Part shown: piece after piece, positions 10,401-17,264 of the stretch | How the letters are laid out: every line of letters starts with the position of its first letter | Numbering within the stretch: position 1 is the stretch's first letter | Assembly: GCA_002439085.1 (NCBI GenBank) | Contig: DJSW01000007.1 | Location: 26,371 to 90,370 of the forward strand | Source: Alphaproteobacteria bacterium UBA6324 | Lineage (GTDB): Bacteria; Pseudomonadota; Alphaproteobacteria; CAAGCB01; CAG-977 | Direction: 5' to 3' | Length of the DNA stretch: 64,000 nucleotides | Made by a program: the position numbers and the translations under genes | Notes under the pieces: generated by a model | Database searches by the model: none | What the model was told of the DNA's origin: nothing | The model's input: the letters and a program-made list of their open reading frames with translations, nothing else

Positions 10401-10745
10401 GAATGTGCCGTCGGTAATCGTCACATCTTTGCCGGACAAACTCAAATAAGGTGTTGGCGTTGGATAGTCATAGAATGTTCCGCGGAACGTGCCGCCGGTG
10501 ATTGTCAATGAATTTTCGGCGGATATCATAACGTTGTCGAATGTTCCGCCGGAAACGGTGATGTCGGAGATCGGTTCTTCCGTATCGGCGGGGATTTTTG
10601 TGTCCTTGTAAGTGCCGGAGGATATGTCCAAAGCCCGCGCCGGTGAAACGACCGCAAAAGCCGCCAGATTGATCAAAGCGCATTTAATCAGCACCGCACG
10701 ATACCGGCGCGCCAAAGTTTTCAAAGTCGTTTCGGATTGCTTCAT
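7500..10745 (-). CDS. autotransporter adhesin (beta-helical passenger plus C-terminal autotransporter beta-barrel)
   Basis: Signal peptide MKQSETTLKTLARRYRAVLIKCALINLAAFAVVSPARA. Passenger has repeated TITGGTF/LSGGNF motifs. The C-terminal roughly 280 aa resemble an autotransporter barrel, with the final residue Phe (..GMVNLKVNF). GC is lower than the flanking sequence. Confidence 0.85.
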   Translation of the reverse strand: MKQSETTLKTLARRYRAVLIKCALINLAAFAVVSPARALDISSGTYKDTKIPADTEEPISDITVSGGTFDNVMISAENSLTITGGTFRGTFYDYPTPTPYLSLSGKDVTITDGTFDNGMIYSNNSLKITGGNFTDMTFTSNSPTTEEKKNVGDLTITGGTFRGAFTLGGTSNLNLSGGNFDGVDWWWSGTANDLNIDSNKTVLNLKAGKNFHDLHAGQMNISGDRGISLAKTNLSVGTLSGKATLNKDTFAGNFTHLHNKHLFGDKILYEEYNAFMFSNAESAIDASTNFDNADLVLNGNSLAGIGLFAESISAADYGKVKDYADPLDRFEDCWKDVSAVRNKLTQAEIADSVGIILSELKKVDATTKKRDDLPNSVDDPFYSFGFLLPDSETGTATNLMKHVTDAWDNGKTPDWKYLEQKLYEAYNNMNVVLDNWGGNVTVQNSVVTMNGTSGLINDSFKSGNLTVSNSTVAVNGNNEVSARSGTVSLDNSTLNIAKNAVLNVGSNDGNVLHFENGGRLNLGGVLNAQADFSETQINFQHENARIRGTISGTASLNFADNYSLATLKFADGAVIKDITIAAGKTLDIGAGTLKADTITGGTISAILTDAAKTSAIIKVDTSASNVTLKLGMSGVSRDVTTLYKITDGTGFNLGDYSTSRYAVSKTYFDPQDAKNIKRLQDWDGGNLYILRLATASEAVIEDLEKAGEKVSQTQRDASKVLDIEDDLFSKFDKKVRKTVDRVNTLLDEADEKTAKQILREVAPDVTQSANTAASNAAKSVINVVQTRFGGFSEHWGGGYRGRTGYGNYSRRYRGRSGGDFESGRVSVWAQGMMNYAKLDKNDGFNAHTGGFAAGLEGNVSDDFKFGAGYAFASTDIGTQRAATDVDTHTYFVYGEYKPYKAYVNAVAGYGHSRYDEKTRLTEMESNYTADAVSAQMAVGYDFGIFSPEAALRFMNIRQNAYTDALGARLKKSIQNTWTGVVGAKLSNDYYLNFAPSIGVTPELKVAATYDFNQDNDDRTVVLPDLTEYRVKGDPLDRFGVEAGAGLAIAFGRGGELSLKYEGRFKNDYADHTGMVNLKVNF

Positions 10746-10775
10746 TTTCCCATTCCCTTGCACTGTTAAACAAAA

Positions 10776-10960
10776 ACCGCCTTGGTCAGGCGGTCGGGGA
10801 GTAGAAAAACCATATAGTATCAAATGATCCTTTCGGCCTTTAAACGCCCTCCGTTTTTTCAAGGATAGTGACGGAGCGCGTTCTGAACATACGCCAAAAG
10901 CTCCCCGACCTCCGGTTAAGAGTTCGGGGATATTTTCCGGTTTCACCGTTGGCAAACCGG
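10776..10960 (-). promoter_or_regulatory. structured leader element copy A (P1 helix GGUCGGGGAG/CUCCCCGACC, then terminator hairpin CCGCCUGACCAAGGCGG-UUUUU) about 30 nt upstream of the autotransporter start
   Basis: Homologous to 36690-36870. Contains an inverted repeat, an internal compensatory hairpin, and conserved blocks CGUAUGUUCAGAA and UUUAAAGG. Confidence 0.45.
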
Positions 10961-11060
10961 TTTACGACGCATATCGGCGCCGGATACTATAAGAGGTTTT
11001 CTAGGCCTCCGTGCCCGCTAAGACACAACTGAAAGGATACACAATGACGGGCATATGTTC

Positions 11061-11143
11061 AATAAAAAAAGCGGAGACAAAACGGTTTTGTCCCCGCGCA
11101 CAATCGAATTGATTGAAAAAATCCGGATTCGATCAGGTTTTAA
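11061..11143. repeat. direct repeat copy 2 (degenerate duplicate of the 3' end of the gene at 6944-7423)
   Basis: AATAAAAAAAGCGGAGACAAAACGGTTTTGTCCCCGCGCACAATCGAATTGATTGAAAAAATCCGGATTCGATCAGGTTTTAA, aligned to 7343-7423. Confidence 0.7.
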
Positions 11144-11337
11144 AGCAACTTTTCAAACGCCGATTTTGTCAATTCCTCGACATCTTCGCCCTTGGCGATT
11201 TCGGCGATATAGGCGTTGTCGATTTTGAACGCGCCGTTTTTAAACGCATACGCCGCCCGCGCGCCGTATTCGGTGTATTCAACCTTGACGGGAACGACCC
11301 CGACCTTGAAATAACGTAAAGAAACCTTTTCCATCAC
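11140..11337 (-). CDS. small hypothetical protein (65 aa); candidate antitoxin partner of the upstream RelA/SpoT-domain gene
   Basis: The ATG overlaps the upstream gene's stop (ATGA, 4-nt overlap). No family recognised. Confidence 0.5.
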   Translation of the reverse strand: MMEKVSLRYFKVGVVPVKVEYTEYGARAAYAFKNGAFKIDNAYIAEIAKGEDVEELTKSAFEKLL

Positions 11338-11987
11338 CGTCCCCCGACTTTCGCGTTTTTGGCTTTGATCATCAGCGCGGCGGGCTGCTTGTCCTGTTCG
11401 ATTTTCAGCTTGCGCCCCTTGGTGCGTTTGTTGAACGACAGCGCCGCGTCCATATACAGCCCCTGACAGATTTTTTCGCGCATGGCGATTTCTTTCTGTT
11501 CCGCGACGGTCAACGGCCGGTCTTTGGCTTCGGCCGTGATGGAACGTATTTTTTCATAATGGCGGTGCGTTTCCTTGTCAGCCTGCGCGAAATCGCTCAG
11601 CTGAATCTGCATTTCGACGGCAAAGCCGTTCTTTTCCGGAAAAATGTATTTCAAATCGCGGTATCCGCGTTCGTTGGGCTTGTCCATACGGTCGGCTTCG
11701 CGGATCGGCGTCGTGTATTCCTTGACGGCCTTTTTGATCGCGTCCACCTGTTCCAGCGAATCGCAGATCAGGCGACAGCGCGCCAGATCCTGCAGCTGCG
11801 ACACGTCGCCGCGGTATTTCGCGTTCAATTTTTCTTCGGCGCGTTCGCGGCCTTTCAACGGCGCGGATTTGAATTCGCACCCGAATTGCTTGGCCAGTTT
11901 TTCACCGAAAGCGTCCAAAGAGGGCTTTGCCTCCGCCGCCAGCTTGTACGCTTCGTCCAAAGTTTTGGGAATCTGTCTTTCCACCAT
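11334..11987 (-). CDS. RelA/SpoT-domain nucleotidyltransferase (small alarmone synthetase-like; candidate toxSAS)
   Basis: Synthetase-domain motifs are present: KGRERAEEKL, DLARCRLICDSLEQV (cf. DIAGIRII), NERGYRDLKYIF (cf. NGYRSLH), VEMQIQLSDFAQ (cf. EIQIRT) and HRHYEKIR. The C-terminal tail is basic. Length is 217 aa. Confidence 0.72.
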   Translation of the reverse strand: MVERQIPKTLDEAYKLAAEAKPSLDAFGEKLAKQFGCEFKSAPLKGRERAEEKLNAKYRGDVSQLQDLARCRLICDSLEQVDAIKKAVKEYTTPIREADRMDKPNERGYRDLKYIFPEKNGFAVEMQIQLSDFAQADKETHRHYEKIRSITAEAKDRPLTVAEQKEIAMREKICQGLYMDAALSFNKRTKGRKLKIEQDKQPAALMIKAKNAKVGGR

Positions 11988-12065
11988 TTTTTACCGCCTT
12001 TCGTTCCGCGGAACCTTTTTCACAGCGGAATTATAGCGCGTTTTCACCCGCTTTTCAAGGGGGAG

Positions 12066-13364
12066 TCAGCGTCCGATCCCGACATAGGCGAATCCCTGTT
12101 TCACGGCTTCATCCTTGTCCAGCAGATTGCGCAAATCGACGATCCGCGGCGTTTTCATCACGGATTTCAACCGCGCCAAATCCAGCGATTTGAAATCGAC
12201 CCATTCGGTCAAAACGGCGACGACATCCGCGCCCTTTGCCGCGTCATAAGCGTCGGCGGCGTACTTGATTTTATCACCGACCAGCTTTTTGGCGTTGTCC
12301 ATCGCCTTGGGGTCGAAAGCGGTGATGTCGGCGTCATGTTTCAACAGCGCGCCGACGATTTCCATCGCGGGGCTTTCGCGGCAATCGTCCGTGCCGCCCT
12401 TGAACGCCAATCCCAACACGGCGATTTTCGGTTTTTCGATATCGGCAACCGCGTTCAAAATCCGTTCCGCCATTTGCGTTTTGCGCGCGTCGTTTTGGCG
12501 GATCGTCGTTTCGATCAGCGACATTTCAACGCCGTATCCGCGCGCCATGTACGCCATCGCGTTCGTGTCCTTGGGGAAACACGAACCGCCGTATCCCGGG
12601 CCGGGGTTCAGAAATTTTGCCCCGATGCGCGTGTCCATGCCCATGCCTTTGGCGACCTCGAACACGTCCGCGCCCGATTTTTCGCAGAAATTCGCCATTT
12701 CGTTGATATAGTTGATCTTCATCGCCAAAAAAGCGTTCGACGCGTATTTGATCGTTTCCGACGAACGGCGTTTGACGAACAGCATACGCGCGCGATCCCC
12801 GAACGGCGCGTACAATTCCCTGATGACGGCGGCGGCCTTTTCCGTGTTTGCCCCGACGATGATGCGGTCGGGGTTGAAGAAATCATGCACGGCGAAACCC
12901 TCGCGCAAAAATTCCGGCAGGGAAACCACGTCGAAATCGGCGTCGGGGTTGACTTCGCGGATCATTTGTTCAACAGCGTCGCCCGTGCCGACGGGAACGG
13001 TCGATTTATTGGCGACGACGGTATATCCCGTCAGGTATTTCGCCAATTCGCGCGCGGCGGCGTGAATGTATTTCATGTCGGCTTCCTTGGTCACGGGATG
13101 CGGCGGCGTGCCAACGGCCAGAATGACGACATCGGCGTTTTCCACGCCCTCTTTCATATCGGAAGTGAATTTCAATTTTCCGGAAGCGGCGTTTTTATGG
13201 AACAAATCCTCCAACCCGTCCTCGAACAAAGTGATTTTTCCGGCGCGCAGGGCGTCGATCTTTTCCTTGATCGCGTCAATGCAAACGACATCGTGTCCCA
13301 ATTCGGCCAAACCGACACCAGTCGGCAATCCGACATACCCCGTCCCGACAATTCCGATTTTCAT
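12066..13364 (-). CDS. ugd: UDP-glucose 6-dehydrogenase
   Basis: Begins MKIGIVGTGYVGLPTGVGLAELGHDV.. The full nucleotide-sugar dehydrogenase architecture is present. Confidence 0.9.
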   Translation of the reverse strand: MKIGIVGTGYVGLPTGVGLAELGHDVVCIDAIKEKIDALRAGKITLFEDGLEDLFHKNAASGKLKFTSDMKEGVENADVVILAVGTPPHPVTKEADMKYIHAAARELAKYLTGYTVVANKSTVPVGTGDAVEQMIREVNPDADFDVVSLPEFLREGFAVHDFFNPDRIIVGANTEKAAAVIRELYAPFGDRARMLFVKRRSSETIKYASNAFLAMKINYINEMANFCEKSGADVFEVAKGMGMDTRIGAKFLNPGPGYGGSCFPKDTNAMAYMARGYGVEMSLIETTIRQNDARKTQMAERILNAVADIEKPKIAVLGLAFKGGTDDCRESPAMEIVGALLKHDADITAFDPKAMDNAKKLVGDKIKYAADAYDAAKGADVVAVLTEWVDFKSLDLARLKSVMKTPRIVDLRNLLDKDEAVKQGFAYVGIGR

Positions 13365-13534
13365 GAAACAATCCTTATGACAAGTGATCCTTTTAGGGTT
13401 GTTATACTTTTTTCCATGCCGTCGTGCAAACCTTTTTCTGTCCGTCCGCGCGCCGCGGCGGGAAAGATAACGCTTGCGCCCGCGCGCCCGCGCTTTTAAA
13501 ATAAAGGAAATTCAAACTTTAACGGAGAATTGCC

Positions 13535-14953
13535 GTGCTGAAAAAAACATTGCTTCTGTCCGCCGCCGTCTGCTTGGCGGCGCACGCCGCGTCGGCCGAC
13601 ATCGTCGTACCGCAAAACGCCGCCAAATCGTTAAGCGTCACCGTTTACAACAACGGGCTGGGGCTGGTCAAGGAAAGCCGTCCGGTCGCCCTGCCCGCGG
13701 GCGAAAGCACCGTTTCGTTCCAAGGCGTGTCCGCCGAAATCCAGCCGGAAACGGCGTTGTTCGAGGGCGACGGGTTCAGCGTGCGCGAACAGAATTTCAA
13801 TTTCGACCTGTTGTCGCGGGAATCCTTGCTGCGCAAGTATTTGGGCAAGGACATCAAGGTCATCGAAACCCATTACGCCAGCGGGAAAAAGACGATCGAA
13901 AACGCCAAAGTCCTGTCCGTTGACGCGGGGCTTGTTTTGAAAATCGGCGACCGGATCGAAACGGATTACAACGGCCGGCTGATCTTTCCGGACATTCCGG
14001 CGGATCTGCACGAACAGCCGACGCTGAGCGTCAACGTCAACGCGAGCGCGGACGGCGAACGCGACGTGCGGCTGAGCTATCTGACAAACGGTTTGACATG
14101 GCGCGCGGATTACGTCGCCGAATTGAACGACGCGGAGGACGCGCTGAACCTGAACGGGTGGGTGACGCTGACAAACACGTCGGGGATCGCCTATAAAAAC
14201 GCGGACATCCAGTTCGTGGCCGGTTCGGTCAACCGCGTCGCCCCCGCCCCCGTCGCCCGCCCGATGATGAAATCGCGCGGTTTGATGATGGCGGCCGCCC
14301 CCGTGGCCGACAACGCGATGGCCGAAGAACGCCTGATGGATTACCATCTATATACTTTGGGGCGCAAAACGGAAATCGCGTCGAACCAAACCAAGCAGTT
14401 GGCATTGCTGTCCGCGTCGAAAATCAAAGTGAAAAAGGAATACAAGTTCACGAACCTCGTCCCGTCGTACCACGGGCGCGGCGCGGCCGGCGAAATCGGT
14501 CGCCGAAACGCCGACGTCGTTTTGCGATTCGACAACAGCAAAGCGTCCAACCTCGGCCTGCCCCTGCCCGCCGGAACGATTCGCGTTTATAAGGCGAACA
14601 GCCGCCAAAACCTGTTTTTCGTCGGCGAAGACCGCATTTCCCACACGCCTGAAAACGGTAAGATCAAGCTGAATCTGGGCAGTGCGTTTGATGTCAGCGC
14701 GGAAGGGCGCGAAACCGCCTACACCGCCCTGTCGGACAAAGCCTACGAAGCGGGATACAGCCTGACGTTCAAAAACGGATCGGACACCCCCGTCAAGGTC
14801 GCCTACCGTCAGGATTTCCCCTATGAATGGTCGATCACGGACAGTTCCGTCCCCTACACGGCGCCGACCGCGCGGCAAAGCGAATGGACGATCGCCATTC
14901 CGGCAAAGGGCAGCGCGACGCTGACCTTTACGGTGCGCGTCAAACGTCCGTAA
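13535..14953 (+). CDS. secreted DUF4139/DUF4140-like protein
   Basis: GTG start with GGAG RBS. Signal peptide MLKKTLLLSAAVCLAAHA. Sequence pattern (TVYNNGLGLVKESR..) is typical of DUF4139-family proteins. Confidence 0.65.
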   Translation: MLKKTLLLSAAVCLAAHAASADIVVPQNAAKSLSVTVYNNGLGLVKESRPVALPAGESTVSFQGVSAEIQPETALFEGDGFSVREQNFNFDLLSRESLLRKYLGKDIKVIETHYASGKKTIENAKVLSVDAGLVLKIGDRIETDYNGRLIFPDIPADLHEQPTLSVNVNASADGERDVRLSYLTNGLTWRADYVAELNDAEDALNLNGWVTLTNTSGIAYKNADIQFVAGSVNRVAPAPVARPMMKSRGLMMAAAPVADNAMAEERLMDYHLYTLGRKTEIASNQTKQLALLSASKIKVKKEYKFTNLVPSYHGRGAAGEIGRRNADVVLRFDNSKASNLGLPLPAGTIRVYKANSRQNLFFVGEDRISHTPENGKIKLNLGSAFDVSAEGRETAYTALSDKAYEAGYSLTFKNGSDTPVKVAYRQDFPYEWSITDSSVPYTAPTARQSEWTIAIPAKGSATLTFTVRVKRP

Positions 14954-14967
14954 TCGGGTTGACGGCC

Positions 14968-16263
14968 ATGCTGAAAACGGTATTTTTCGCCCTGCTGCTG
15001 GCTTTTCCGGCCGCGGCGCAGGAAGAGCGTCTGAATTGGCAGCCGCTGGAGGTCACAGCGGTTGAAGAGGACGAGGAACAGGCACCGTCCGTTGAATCGG
15101 ACGGCCGGTTCAAAAGCCTGATGTCCGAACTGCGGGAAAGCGTCGCAATGACGGCCGGCAAAAAAAAGCGCGAGGTCAAGGCCGTCAATCAGCAGACCGT
15201 TTATTCCGCCATTGTCGAAATGATCGAAACGTCCTATCCCGGCGGTTTGTCCGCGATGTTGGAAGCCAACGAACGGCTGGAGGACGATATTTACCGCCTG
15301 ATTAAAATGTTGCCGGATTACGCGTTCCAGTACGTCGGTCCGTTCATCAACGAAATGCCCTATGTTTCCGACCGGATTTTGAACATTCCCCAAATCAAAG
15401 CGACAAAAGGGAAATTCCCGACGCGCATCGCCCCGCAAATGCGGGAATACGCGAAAAAATACGGCAAGTATATGTCCACTTACCTGTACATCTACCTGAT
15501 GCCGGAAGCATGGGACACCCCCGCCCCCGAACAAACGACGATGCAGGGGACGATGACGACCGTCGATATCGGCGCGGACGTTGCGCCGGACGCGGCGGTG
15601 TTCCGCGTCTATAACCCGTCTTTGCTGAAAAAGAACCGGATGCTTTCCCCTGACAGCTATCAGACCGGCGCCGTGTTCAAACAACCGAAGCGGCCGCAAA
15701 CGCCGGCGGATCGGGTGACGCGCGCGTCGCCGCTGACCGAAGGCGATGTCGAAGCGGCTCTGGCGTCGTTCGCGGACATCGAAAAAACGTTCGGAACGAA
15801 CCGGTTTGACGAATTTCACACCGCGCTGCGCGATATGTCGTTAAGCGACAACAACATCCGCGGCGAAATGCTGAACCCCATGGCGTCGCTGGCGGACAAG
15901 ATCAACCGTCTGCCGCAAAAAGAGCTGTTTGAAAAAACCGTCGCCAAATCCGGTTTCACGACGCAAAGCTGGGCCTACACCGTTGACAAAATCATCAAGG
16001 CGCGCCGAGTCGAAAAAATGAGCACGGCCGTCGCTTTGAATCTGGCGACGTGGCGGCGGCTGAAAAAACCGCCGAAGTCGTTCGACGTGCTGTCCCCTTA
16101 CAACCGCCAAATCGCGTGGGAAAACATCCAACTTTTCTTGGGGATGTACACGTCGTCGCGTGAAAACCTGCTTGCGATAAAAAATTATGGTGATAATATC
16201 CGAAAGGTTTTTATGACCAGAGATATGATGTTTATTGAAACGCCCGTTTACGGCATTTACTAA
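14968..16263 (+). CDS. hypothetical secreted protein (431 aa)
   Basis: Signal peptide MLKTVFFALLLAFPAAAQ. No recognised domain. Confidence 0.6.
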   Translation: MLKTVFFALLLAFPAAAQEERLNWQPLEVTAVEEDEEQAPSVESDGRFKSLMSELRESVAMTAGKKKREVKAVNQQTVYSAIVEMIETSYPGGLSAMLEANERLEDDIYRLIKMLPDYAFQYVGPFINEMPYVSDRILNIPQIKATKGKFPTRIAPQMREYAKKYGKYMSTYLYIYLMPEAWDTPAPEQTTMQGTMTTVDIGADVAPDAAVFRVYNPSLLKKNRMLSPDSYQTGAVFKQPKRPQTPADRVTRASPLTEGDVEAALASFADIEKTFGTNRFDEFHTALRDMSLSDNNIRGEMLNPMASLADKINRLPQKELFEKTVAKSGFTTQSWAYTVDKIIKARRVEKMSTAVALNLATWRRLKKPPKSFDVLSPYNRQIAWENIQLFLGMYTSSRENLLAIKNYGDNIRKVFMTRDMMFIETPVYGIY

Positions 16264-16274
16264 GGGGGAACGAT

Positions 16275-16733
16275 ATGGGTTGGACTGACGAACAAATCGA
16301 GGAATTGAAACACCTTTGGGAAAAAGGGCTGACCACGGGTGAAATCGGAAAAGCTCTGGGCGTTTCCAAAAACGCCGTCGTCGGCAAAGCGCACCGTTTG
16401 GGATTGAACAGCCGCCCGTCCCCCATCCGCCGCGGCGATGACGAGGTCGCCGCCGCCACCGCGGTTGCGGAAAACGCCCCCGCGCCGGAACAGAAAACCG
16501 CCGCGCCCGCGGAATCCCCGAAACAGGCGAAAGCGGCCGTGAAAAAAGCGGCGGAAAAGGAAAAGAAAAAACTGTTCACCGTCAACGATTTGACGGCCGG
16601 CTCCTGCCGTTGGCCGATCGGCGACCCGAAAGACGAGGATTTCCATTTTTGCGGCAAGGAAGCCCTGCCCGACAAACCCTATTGCGCCGAACACGCGGCG
16701 ATCGCCTACGTTTCCGCAAAAACGCTGCGCTGA
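16275..16733 (+). CDS. gcrA: cell-cycle regulator GcrA
   Basis: Begins MGWTDEQIEELKHLWEKGLTTGEIGKALGVSKNAVVGKAHRLGL and ends ..CRWPIGDP..FCG. RBS AAGGGGGAA. Confidence 0.85.
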   Translation: MGWTDEQIEELKHLWEKGLTTGEIGKALGVSKNAVVGKAHRLGLNSRPSPIRRGDDEVAAATAVAENAPAPEQKTAAPAESPKQAKAAVKKAAEKEKKKLFTVNDLTAGSCRWPIGDPKDEDFHFCGKEALPDKPYCAEHAAIAYVSAKTLR

Positions 16734-16755
16734 GCGAAAAGATCGAAACAATGAA

Positions 16756-16786
16756 ACGGCGGGAATTTGATTTTCCGCCGTTTTTC
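16756..16786 (+). terminator. intrinsic terminator after gcrA
   Basis: Hairpin GGCGGGAATTTGATTTTCCGCCG followed by TTTTT. Confidence 0.5.
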
Positions 16787-16796
16787 ATATATGAAA

Positions 16797-16830
16797 AACC
16801 CCGCGTCCGAAAACAGGAGCGGGGCTTTTA
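16797..16830 (-). terminator. intrinsic terminator after the minus-strand gene at 16846-17187
   Basis: Stem CCCCGC / GCGGGG flanked by A and T runs. Confidence 0.5.
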
Positions 16831-16845
16831 AATCAAAATGCGGGA

Positions 16846-17187
16846 TCAGCCGACATCCGCCACCAACGGCAGTTTTGAAACGTGCCGGACGGCCGCCGTG
16901 TATTCGCGCACAATGCCTTTCATCGGATTTTCACCGGACGGATCCGTGAATTCGGCCACCAGAACCGACGAAACCTCTTTCAACAAAGGAATAACGTCGG
17001 GATGAATGTAATCCAGCACGATCATCTGATCGGCGGTGCGGTAAAACAACGCGTGGTTTTCGCCGTTGAACAAAATTTGCGGGCGATCCGGACTGCCTTC
17101 GCGCGCCTTCAAACAAAACAGCAATTCACCGTCCGCATTGGCCAGAATATCGTAATAGGCTTCCGTTTCAACCGCTGTGTGCGTCAT
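16846..17187 (-). CDS. hypothetical protein (113 aa), paralog of the gene at 24818-25183
   Basis: Clear similarity to the 121-aa paralog (LLFCLKAREGSPDRPQILFNGENHALFYR...MIVLDY vs ALAFTIRSYDGEPDNPRFLFDGDRQAFLLR...VILLDA). Confidence 0.6.
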   Translation of the reverse strand: MTHTAVETEAYYDILANADGELLFCLKAREGSPDRPQILFNGENHALFYRTADQMIVLDYIHPDVIPLLKEVSSVLVAEFTDPSGENPMKGIVREYTAAVRHVSKLPLVADVG

Positions 17188-17264
17188 TTTCGTTCTCCGT
17201 CGTTCCGGTTCTCTGTAACCGCGTTCATTTTAAACAATCCGTCACCCATATCAAGCAAAAACAT

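Noticed and set aside
10795-10905. GGGGAGUAG plus CAUAC on the plus strand of leader copy A, reminiscent of the Mn2+ (yybP-ykoY) riboswitch hallmark
   Set aside because: The UAG is not conserved in copy B (GGGGAGUUG). The plus-strand orientation has no downstream gene and no terminator. The downstream genes are not Mn transporters. The similarity arises because the P1 helix is a perfect inverted repeat.
10795-10905. Miniature inverted-repeat transposable element (10-11-bp terminal inverted repeats about 100 nt apart)
   Set aside because: Homology between the two copies extends beyond the inverted repeats on both sides, including the terminator. No target-site duplication is visible. A structured RNA explains the compensatory A-U insertion better than a MITE does.
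11559-13499. 646-aa plus-strand ORF
   Set aside because: It is antisense to ugd and the RelA/SpoT-domain gene. It has the Arg/Gly/Val-rich composition typical of spurious antisense frames in high-GC DNA. The minus-strand genes have clear homology.
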